Shown here piece after piece: positions 1-10,300 of a DNA stretch of 45,110 nt (the stretch's first letter is position 1; each line of letters opens with the position of its first letter). The notes beneath the pieces were generated by a model. That model saw nothing but the letters and a program-made list of their open reading frames with translations. It searched no databases and was not told where the DNA came from. This stretch comes from Macrostomum lignano (taxonomy: Eukaryota): NCBI GenBank assembly GCA_002269645.1, contig NIVC01004456.1, positions 1 through 45,110 of the forward strand, read 5' to 3'. The translations under genes and the position numbers were made by a program.

Positions 1-266
1 GTCCGTAGCGAGATATTGCTTCCCTTTACTTCAATAGTTCGAAGCTGCGACTTTCAAACTTTGGCATTGCAACGACTCGTAGGACTTGCGTTAGGAGGCC
101 ATGGGCTTCCTGAACTAGAAACCTGGACTGGAAGCAGAGCTCTGTCTACAGAATTTCTCTGCAGTTGTATGCTAATCGCTTGACAACCTCTGATCTGATA
201 CAGTATGGCTAGCAAGCGCATTCCATTGCAGCCCGATGCAACCTGACCGTTGCTGCTGAAAGGGGT

Positions 267-499
267 TATGAGTATGAGTATGAGTATGAGTATGAGTATG
301 AGCATGAGTATGAGTATGAGCATGAGTATGAGTATGAGTATGAGTATGAGTATGAGTATGAGTATGAGTATGAGTATGAGTATGAGCATGAGTATGAGTA
401 TAGGTATGAATATGAGCATGAGCATGTGTATGAGCATGAGTAGAGTATATGAGTATGAAATGACATGAGCATGAGCATGAGTATGAGTATGAGCATGAG
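267..499. repeat. (GAGTAT)n / (GAGCAT)n hexanucleotide microsatellite
   Basis: Direct read of about 38 hexamer units; it produces the MS/LI/YS low-complexity ORFs in the track. Confidence 0.97.
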
Positions 500-1003
500 A
501 TTTAAATTATCTGCTCTAATCTATCTAGTCTTGAAGTTGCAGAGCAAAATCAAACACAAAAAGCTAAAACAGTATGTACTTTGGGGCTGATCGAAATTCA
601 TTTTCAAGAGTAAGCGGCCGATGCAAGCTCAGGCTTGGCAAAAGTTCAAACCAGTCATTGCTATCAGCTGCCGGGGTACCACAGATGTTGGGCAGCGCAG
701 CAGTGGAGATATTTGGGAGTGAAAGTTCAGGCCGGCATCGAACAGTCACCGGAAACAAGTTGTGGGCTGCGCAGCAAGGGTGCGACTTCTGTTTCTTCGA
801 TACTGGTCTGACGGCAGTGACTATTGCCAGAGTTGCTGCCCCACCTGCGGTCTCGGATCCGAAATTGTCCGGACTGAAGCGAATCCTCAGCCCGGAGTGC
901 ATGCTGGTAAAATTGATTTGCATTGGAATTCCCCAGGGTACTCTGGGGCGGCCCAGGCTGCCAGAAAATGGAGATTTGGCCAGTCGCTGGCTGTGACAAG
1001 TGG

Positions 1004-1208
<205 letters not shown>

Positions 1209-1236
1209 GGACTCTCATCACTCCCGCATCCCGCAG

Positions 1237-1697
1237 GTGCTGGCTGACCCAGTTTGGCAGCGCCACTTCGCCATGACGCGGGTGAAGAAGGTCATTGACG
1301 AGGTGTCCCTGTCGCACTACTCGCTCAACTTCCTCATCTACCTGGCCACCGGCATGCAGTTCCGCCTCCGGGTGGCCGACATTTTCCGGCGCATTCGCCG
1401 AATTTCCGCTGCTGCCGCAGTGCGGACGAGCTCTCCGGCCAGAGGCGCCGCTCGAGAACCAGCTGGTCGGCCACCATGGAGGAGCGGCGGCTCAGCAGCG
1501 TCAGCAACCGGCGGTCCCGGAGGGCCACCATGGCAGCAGCCGAGGCAGCCAACGATGAGCTGGCGAAGTCGAGGAGGGCGAGGAGCCAGCGGCGGGCCGG
1601 CGGAAGCGACAGCGGCGGGGACGAGCCGGGACAGTCGGAGACTGGCGGAGCTGATGGAGCAGAGGCAGCAGAGGCACTGGTTGCCAGCAAAGTTTGA
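1237..1697 (+). CDS. Terminal exon of a class A (rhodopsin-like) peptide GPCR, FMRFamide/sex-peptide-receptor-like; TM7, helix 8 and C-tail; apparent 1-nt frameshift at about 1403-1405
   Basis: Acceptor ccgcag|GTG at 1236/1237. Translation [28 protein letters not shown] matches the TM7 NFxxY..G..FR pattern of invertebrate peptide receptors. Adding one T gives [14 protein letters not shown]...ALVASKV* (stop 1695-1697; 462 nt = 154 codons). Upstream exons were not identified in the window. Confidence 0.7.
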
Positions 1698-2628
1698 GCA
1701 CTGAAGGAGCTCCGGTGGCATTCGCATGACTGATAGGCATGCCACCAAGTGCTACGTGTACTTTAGTTGTGAATCTTCATAATTTAATAGCAATAGTTTA
1801 GTGACCATACGCTCGTACCACTAAATAACTTGTTTAACTGTAGTCACCACAATGCTATTGGACAAGCAGCTCACGCAGTATTGTGCACTGGTGTGAGTCA
1901 CCCACTGCAACAGCTTGTCTTTGCTGTTTACCCAGCAACGCCAGCAGGCCGGTACAAAACAAGCAGGGCCATGGCACTTTGCCTGGATCTGTCCTCTTCT
2001 TTAGCCACTGTAAGACCATTTTCTGTACCAAACAGTTCTGCTTCACCATAACGCATTGACGCAATTTTCACGATCGCAAAATCGCACCTTAAATATAAAA
2101 AACAACAGGCTGTTTGAAGACAGTTAGTTGCGTTGTTGGCAACGTTAGTTAGATGTCCGTAAATCCCGAAAATTTGTTTTATTTCACTGCTGACTTCAAG
2201 CCTGACTCAAATAATTCCGATCCAAGTGCAGCCGGAGCAAAAGTCCGACAGCAAAAGCGAAAACAAGAAAACAGCTGCGTGATAAGCTGGTCTCGGGTGC
2301 GCTGATCAGCAGCTGATTACTCGTACAGCAAGACAGAAGTACTTTTATAGTATCCTGGTCTCAATCTGCGCAAAACAGCTCTTATCTTGTTTTCGAATAC
2401 TCATCACATTTTCGTACCTTGTTGCTATCAATTTGGCCAACTATCATGGGGTGACAAACACTTCTGAAAAAGGTGCCAGAGGTTGAGAGCATGAATTGCA
2501 GTTGCGCTAATCTCATTTTTGCGCAGTCAGCTGATCTGTGGCGCCTCAGCAATCTGTATAAATGTCCACACGGCAGCGCTGGCCAAATTGCCAAGGACCC
2601 CCGGCATCAGCAGCACTCGCACCGCGAT

Positions 2629-3755
2629 ATGGCAGCGCACTTCGCCGCTCAAGTCAGCAACCAGCGTCTGCAGGTGAAGGAGACGGGCAGCAGGTGCCAA
2701 GTGCCCAATGACGATTACGCCAAGCTGATGTTCTACCTGGCCTGCGTCGAGGGGTTAAGTGCGGCGACTTCCCCGCCTACATGACGACTACTCCAAGTAC
2801 CGGCAGCTGACGGAGTCGCAGAAGCGGAACATCGTGGCCACGGCGAGGCGCCACGACCCGGATGAAGTGTGAGAATCTGCTGAGTTGTGGTTGATTGCTA
2901 CATGTATGCTGGGACATTGGACTCGATCCAAACGGCGGGAACAGCTGCGCTGGGGCCAAGTGACCAAGCCAAACAGCTCACTAACGCAATTCACAGGCTG
3001 CGCTGGGGCCAGTGACCAAGCCAAACAGCTCACTAACGTAATTCACAGGCTGTGCTGGGGCTGGGGCCAGTGACCAAGCCAAACAGCTCACTAACGTAAT
3101 TCACAGGCTGCGCTGGGGCCAAGTGACCAAGCCAAACAGCTCACTAACGCAATTCACAGGCTGTGCTGGGGCCAGTGACCAAGCCAAACAGCTCACTAAC
3201 GCAATTCACAGGCTGCGCTGGGGCCAGTGACCAAGCCAAACAGCTCACTAACGCAATTCACAGGCTGCGCTGGGGCCAAGTGACCAAGCCAAACAGCTCA
3301 CTAACGCAATTCACAGGCTGTGCTGGGGCCAGTGACCAAGCCAAACAGCTCACTAACGCAATTCACAGGCTGCGCTGGGCCAGTGACCAAGCCAAACAGC
3401 TCACTAACGCAATTCACAGGCTGTGCTGGGGCCAAGTGACCAAGCCAAACAGCTCACTACTAACGCAATTCACAGGCTGTGCTTCATAGAGGCGGACGAG
3501 CTGCCGGACAACCACGGCAACAAGTTCCTGCAGCTGTCGGCGCAGGAGGAGAACCTCACCGCTTTCGGCATCCGCGGAGCCGGCGGCGCTATGATGGGGC
3601 TGCGCCGGGAACTGGGAGACAGCCAGAATCTGATGAAGATCATGGCGCACACAAAGTCCTGGGCTAGCAACAACTATTACCAGCCGCTGCGGAGGCTGGG
3701 CGGCGCCTCATCGACTGACGCCAGCCAGGCCGCGCTGCTGCTGCTGATGAGGTGA
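2629..3755 (+). CDS. Two-exon protein of unknown function (about 173 aa) with two apparent 1-nt deletions; join(2629..2868,3476..3755)
   Basis: GC3-rich codons; donor GT|gtgaga at 2868/2869 and acceptor ttcacag|G at 3475/3476 have compatible phase. Adding 1 nt near 2751-2754 and 1 nt near 2779-2781 gives one frame MAAHFAAQVSNQ...VPNDDYAKLMFYLACVEGVKCGDFPAYxDDYSKY...DPDEVLCFIEADEL...KIMAHTKSWASNNYYQPL...LLMR* (522 nt = 174 codons). Confidence 0.6.
2944..3483 (+). repeat. 51-58 nt intronic minisatellite (10 copies), each with a branch point and 3' splice site
   Basis: Unit GCTG(C/T)GCTGGGGCC(A)AGTGACCAAGCCAAACAGCTCACTAACG(C/T)AATTCACAG; acceptor G at 2996, 3048, 3106, 3159, 3211, 3263, 3316, 3368, 3419, 3475. 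Confidence 0.95.
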
Positions 3756-4389
3756 ATGAGATGCTGTGCCATGCAGAAGCTGATTCCTCAGAGCAGGTGT
3801 ACAAAGCACAGAAATTTAAACTAATTCAAGACTTACTGTTAACTGATTAGTGAGCGTCATGCCCGGCACTCGGCTGTTTCTCCAAGCAAAAATTTCAACG
3901 CACACCAATTTCAGAGCTCTGAGAACGGACTGAGCTGGGCCACTCTCAACAAAGGCTGTACGGCACAGCGTCTTAAAAAACTGAGCGAAGATTTATGCGC
4001 AGTCTATGCTACTAACAGATTATGCTCGCTTACCAAAATCCGAACTGTAAAATTAACTGGCATTTTTCATTTCGTAAAGCCGAATCGATTATATCAATAA
4101 TAAATAATAATAAATGAAAAATCAGATTTGATTGAGTAATATTTTTTATGTTTGATACAACCGGAAGCTATTCACCATCGATAAAGTAGCTAAACAGTAG
4201 TATAGTGCGCCTTTTTATTCAATGATTTCTTTAAAATTCAAAAAACCTTTGTCTGTAACAAGGGTTTGCCTATTCGGATATAGCGTTTGCAATGGGTCAG
4301 TTTAACTCGGAATAGAGGTGACAATGAAGGTCAGTGGCCTCGACAAAACACGCCAAATTCCAAGCCGAGCTGCCAGCACGCCGCAGGGG

Positions 4390-7300
4390 TCAGACAGCGC
4401 CGATGAACAGCCGGCTGAGCTCCGGGTCGGAGGCGCGCACCGTCATGTTCATGGTGACGCCCTGGCCCGACGCTGCCAGGCGGCACCGCGCCAGCACGTC
4501 GTGGCCGCCGCGGAACACGCCGGCCAGGTGGAGGGTGTGGGTGGACTTGCCCGGGTCTGGCTTGTCCGAGCGGTCGCAGGCGGCCAGGCCGAGGACCTTC
4601 ACCAGGTTCTGCACCGCGTCAACAATGGAGGCCATGCTGGTGAGGGCGAAGGTGTCCTCCAGCTCCGAGTCGGGCGCCAGCTCCTCCCAGGCCGCCGAGA
4701 AGTTCGGCTTGATGACCGGCTGAACAAAATCGCACACGCCAATGTCCAGCTCCTCGAGCACGTACTCATCCGCGTAGCCCTCGTCTGAGTCGGGCTGCCC
4801 GGTAGCCGGGTCGCAGTCCTTCACCACGAAGCGCAGGGTGCACGACAGGCTGCAGGCGGACGGCTCGGTGGGCCGGAACACCGAGTAGCAGGTGGCCGGG
4901 GTGTTGTAGGGCAGCGCGGGTGCCGGGATCACCTGGTGCGATGGGATGCCAGTTTTGTAGGGTTCAACAGGGTTTCGAAAGGTTGCAGCCTGCATTGAGG
5001 GATCTGGGAGGGTTGCAGCCTAAATTATTAGGAGAAAAAGCACAAAGCCGCCTCACCTTGACCAGCTCCCAGTCCTCCGAGGGCACGCAGTCTACGTGGA
5101 CATCCTCAAGCCGCTGATCTGGCAGAGTGTTGAGCAGGTCGAACTGCAGCAGCAGGTAGTCGCTGAATGCGTGCTTGACACAGGTGACGGAGTACTCGGT
5201 CTCCTCCTCGGTGAGACGCACCGGCTCGGAGCTCTTGAACAGGCTTCCCAGCGCTGACAGCTCGGGCACGGCGGCCAGCTGCTTGGCGTAGCGATCCGCC
5301 TGCGTCTCCAGCGACTTGGCCGGCTGCTTGGCAGCGAAGGCCTCCGGCAGCTGCTCGTCCGGCTTTGGCCTGGCGGCCGGGGTGTGCACCGGCACGGAGC
5401 GTAGGTCGAATTTCTGCTGCAGAGAGTCGGCAGACTGTTGCGTGTACCTGGCGATGGGAGTGCGAGCGGGGACTGCTGCGGCACCGCGCTACTCATAGTA
5501 GGCAAAATGAGATCCGACTCGCGAAAAAGAAAATTAGAAATATAAAATAATATTCAAATATTCATCTTGGCTACGACTTTCGATCTCCTTGGATAGGCAC
5601 TCAAGCTTGACCAGATCAGCACCCGAGTCTGACCAGATCAGCACCCAAGCCTGACCAGATCAGCACCCAAGTCTGACCAGATCAGCACCCAAGCCTGACC
5701 AGATCAGCACCCAAGTCTGACCAGATCAGCACCCAAGTCTGACCAGATCAGCACCAGAGTCTGACCAGAGAAGCAGCCGAGTCTGACCAGAGCAGCACCC
5801 AAGTCTGACCAGAGCAGCACCCGAGTCTGACCAGAGTAGCACCCAAGTCTGACCAGAGCAGCACCCAAGTCTGACCAGAGCAGCACCCAAGTCTGACCAG
5901 AGCAGCACCCGAGTCTGACCAGAGTAGCACCCAAGTCTGACCAGAGCAGCACCCAAGTCTGACCAGAGCAGCACCCAAGTCTGACCAGAGCAGCACCCAA
6001 GTCTGACCAGAGCAGCACCCAAGTCTGACCAGAGCAGCACCCAAGTCTGACCAGAGCAGCACCCAAGTCTGACCAGAGCAGCACCCAAGTCTGACCAGAG
6101 CAGCACCCAAGTCTGACCAGAGCAGCACCCAAGTCTGACCAGAGCAGCACCCAAGTCTGACCAGAGCAGCACCCAAGTCTGACCAGATCAGCACCTGGTC
6201 CCAAACACTCACCTGAGCAGCACCTGGTCCCAAACACTCACCTGAGCAGGGCCTGCTCCAGGCCCACAACGGAGAGCTGCATGGGCTGCAGGACGAACTT
6301 GGAGGCCAGCTGCTCGTTGCGCAGCGACAGCACTCGGTGGTAGAAGGTGGCCCGGTCGCGGACCTCATCGTCGGTGTCCAGCTTGCAGCGGTCGAGCAGC
6401 ACCAGCACGGAATCCAGCAGCGGGGCGTGCAGGGCGCCGAACTTGGCGAGGGCGGCCACAGCCGCGGCGCGCACCAGCGGAACCTCCAGGATGACCCGGT
6501 TGTAGATGTACCTGCGGCGGAGGGCAGATGGGGGAAGAATGCAGCTGGGGCTTCAGTCTGGCTGAACTATTGCACAGATTGGCCTATACAGCTGGGTTAG
6601 CCCAGTTTGGCGCACCTGATGTACTTGGACGGCCGCATCGTCTTTGGGCCTTCGTCGCCGAGCAGGTGCAGCGTCTTGACGGCCAGCACGGGGTGCTCGC
6701 AGTCCTCGATGAACTCGCACAGGTGGGACAGGCCGGCCTCCTTGGACTCCGGGTTGTCCTCAATGACGGCCAGCAGGGCCTCCACGATGGACCGCTTGTA
6801 GTCGTAGCTGCCCTCCTCGCGCAGCATCTGGCTGAGGAAGGTCATCATGACGGCCTGCTTGCGCGGGTACTTGCTGCACAGGGCGCGCACGCTCTGCACC
6901 ACAACTATTTTGAACTCGTCCGAGATGTCCGTCATGAAGGTGGAGATCTGCTTCATCAGCCGGTCAACGGAAGCCTCGGAGCCTGTTTTCAGCAGGGTGG
7001 TGATGGCCAAGGTGGCGATTGACCTGGTGAGGGTAAACGGCAGGAGTAACTATAGTGTCTAAGTTCCTCGTCATCTAATTAGCAAAACCTTGACACCATA
7101 GCTTTTTGCGCCACACTCTACACTTTCTACTACCACTACCAGTAGACGAACTCAGACAATAACCAACCAACCTGTTTGAGTCGGCGATGAGCTGCTCCAG
7201 GTCCAGATTGCAGGCGGTCACAGCGGCCGGGTGCTTCATGGCCACCTGGTTGAGTGTTCGAACGGCAGCAAAGCGAAGCACCGCCTTGGGCGAGCTGAGG

Positions 7301-10300
7301 AACATCTGCAGCACGGAGACGGCCGGGGCCAGTTCCTTGGCCGAAGTCTGCTCCAGGGCCACAATAGCTCTGGCGGCCTCGTACACAACCAGCTCCGACT
7401 TGTTGCGCAGGCAGCTCTCCAGGAACTCGAAGGAGGCCGCGTCCTGGCCCGAGGAGCTCTCCTGCGGGATACCATTGAGGGGCGATTCTCAAGGGAATTG
7501 AGGAGGGAATTGAGGGGCGATTCTCAAGGGAATTAAGGGGCGATTCTCAAGGGAATTGAGGAGGGAATTGAGGGGCGATTCTCAAGGGAATTGAGGGTGG
7601 ATTCTCAAGGAAATTAAAGGGCGATTCCCAAGGGAATTGAGGGGCGATTCTCAAGGGAATTGAGGAGAGAATTGAGGGGCTATTCTCAAGGGAATTGAGG
7701 AGGGAATTGAGGGGCGATTCTCAAGGGAATTGAGGAGGGAATTGAGGGGCGATTCTCAAGGGAATTGAGGAGAGAATTGAGGGGCTATTCTCAAGGGAAT
7801 TGAGGAGGGAATTGAGGGGCGATTCTCAAGGGAATTGAGGAGGGAATTGAGGGGCGATTCTCAAGGAAATTGAGGAGAGAATTGAGGGGCGATTCTCAAG
7901 GGAATTGAGGAGGGAATTGAGGGGCGATTCTCAAGGAAATTGAGGAGGGAATTGAGGGGCGATTCTCAAGGGAATTGAGGAGGGAATTGAGGGGCGATTC
8001 TCAAGGGAATTGAGGAGAGAATTGAGGGGCTATTCTCAAGGGAATTGAGGAGGGAATTGAGGGGCGATTCTCAAGGAAATTGAGGAGGGAATTGAGGGGC
8101 GATTCTCAAGGGAATTGAGGAGGGAATTGAGGGGCGATTCTCAAGGGAATTGAGGAGGGAATTGAGGGGCGATTCTCAAGGAAATTGAGGAGAGAATTGA
8201 GGGGCGATTCTTAAGGGAATTGAGGGGCGATTCTCAAGGAAATTGAGGAGAGAATTGAGGGGCTATTCTCAAGGAAATTGAGGAGAGAATTGAGGGGCGA
8301 TTCTTAAGGGAATTGAGGGGCGATTCTCAAGGAAATTGAGGAGAGAATTGAGGGGCTATTCTCAAGGAAATTGAGGAGCGATTCTCAAGGGAATTGAGGA
8401 GGGAATTGAGGAGCGATTCTCAAGGGAATTGAGGAGGGAATTGAGGAGCGATTCTCAAGGGAATTGAGGAGAGAATTGAGGGGCTATTCTCAAGGAAATT
8501 GAGGAGCGATTCTCAAGGGAATTGAGGAGGGAATTGAGGAGCGATTCTCAAGGGAATTGAGGAGGGAATTGAGGAGCGATTCTCAAGGGAATTGAGGAGA
8601 GAATTGAGGGGCTATTCTCAAGGAAATTGAGGAGCGATTCCCAAGGGAATTGAGGAGGGAATTGAGGGGCGATTCTCAAGGGAATTGAGGGGGGAATTGA
8701 GGAGCGATTCTCAAGGAAATTGAGGAGCGATTCCCAAGGGAATTGAGGGGCGATTCTCAAGGGAATTGAGGGGGGATTCTCAAGGAAATTAAAGGGCGAT
8801 TCCCAAGGGAATTGAGGGGCGATTCTTAAGGGAATTGAGGGGCGATTCTCAGGAAAATTGAGGGGCGAATTGGAATTGAAGGGTGATTCCCAAAGAAATT
8901 GAGGGGCGACTCTCAAGGGAATTGAGGGGTGATTCTCAAGGGAATTGAGGAGGGAATTGAGGAGCGATTCTCAAGGGAATTGAGGAGAGAATTGAGGGGC
9001 TATTCTCAAGGAAATTGAGGAGCGATTCCCAAGGGAATTGAGGGGCGATTCTCAAGGGAATTGAGGGGGGATTCTCAAGGAAATTAAAGGGCGATTCCCA
9101 AGGGAATTGAGGGGCGATTCTTAAGGGAATTGAGGGGCGATTCTCAGGAAAATTGAGGGGCGAATTGGAATTGAAGGGTGATTCCCAAAGAAATTGAGGG
9201 GCGACTCTCAAGGGAATTGAGGGGTGATTCTCAAGGGAATTGAGGAGCGATTCTCAAGGGAATTGAGGAGAGAATTGAGGGGCTATTCTCAAGGAAATTG
9301 AGGAGCGATTCCCAAGGGAATTGAGGGGCGATTCTCAAGGGAATTGAGGGGGGATTCTCAAGGAAATTAAAGGGCGATTCCCAAGGGAATTGAGGGGCGA
9401 TTCTTAAGGGAATTGAGGGGCGATTCTCAGGAAAATTGAGGGGCGAATTGGAATTGAAGGGCGATTCCCAAAGAAATTGAGGGGCGACTCTCAAGGGAAT
9501 TGAGGGGTGATTCTCAAGGGAATTGAGAAGCAATTCCCAAGGGAATTGAGGGGCGATTCTCAAGGGAATTGAGGGGCCATTCCCAAGGATTCCTAAATAA
9601 TTCAACTCCAACCTGAATAAGCCGGCTGGCCACGCGGATGAGGTAGCAATAGGCCAGCGGAGACCGCAGCGAGCTCTTGCTGTACTTCTGCACCAGCTTG
9701 GTGACGGCCAGGCGGTCGGAGCGCCGGATCTGGTGCAGCAGCCCCAGGGCGTGGTACTGCACCATCACCGAGTCGGAGTTGACGGCCTCCTGGACCTCGT
9801 TGCTCCATCGGCGGACAACATCTTGGCTGGAGCGGAACATCTGGTAGGCGCTGACCAGGGCGGCGCTGCTCACTGGGGGTGAGCGGTCAACGATGGCCTG
9901 CTTCATGAAGCGCTCGATGCTCTGCAGCATCCCGGCGTCAGTGATGCGGCACAGCGCCCGGATCGACGGCGCGCGGAAGGCGTCCTCCTTGCCTGCGTTG
10001 AAGGGGCATCTGACTCAGTGAGCACTCCTTGTGATTGAATTCTTATCGGTTAATTCCCCTTTAGCATGGCATGAATTCCCCTGGAGCATGGCATGAATTC
10101 CCCTGGCGCATGGCATGAATTCCCATGGAGCATGGCATGAATTCCCCTGGAGCATGGCATGAATTCCCCTGGAGCATGGCATGAATTCCCCTAGAGCATG
10201 GCATGAATTCCCTTGGAGCATGGCATGAATTCCCTTGGCGCATGGCATGAATTCCCACGGAGCATGGCATGAATTCCCCTAGAGCATGGCATGAATTCCC

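Noticed and set aside
564-1000. Possible minus-strand exon after CTTGTCACAG, or the 140-aa plus-strand ORF
   Set aside because: No recognisable domain, no matching partner exon, and it would overlap the GPCR intron region.
1399-1410. Programmed -1 ribosomal frameshifting in the GPCR or the 2.6-kb gene
   Set aside because: No XXXYYYZ slippery site; three missing bases within 1.4 kb point to consensus errors or decay.
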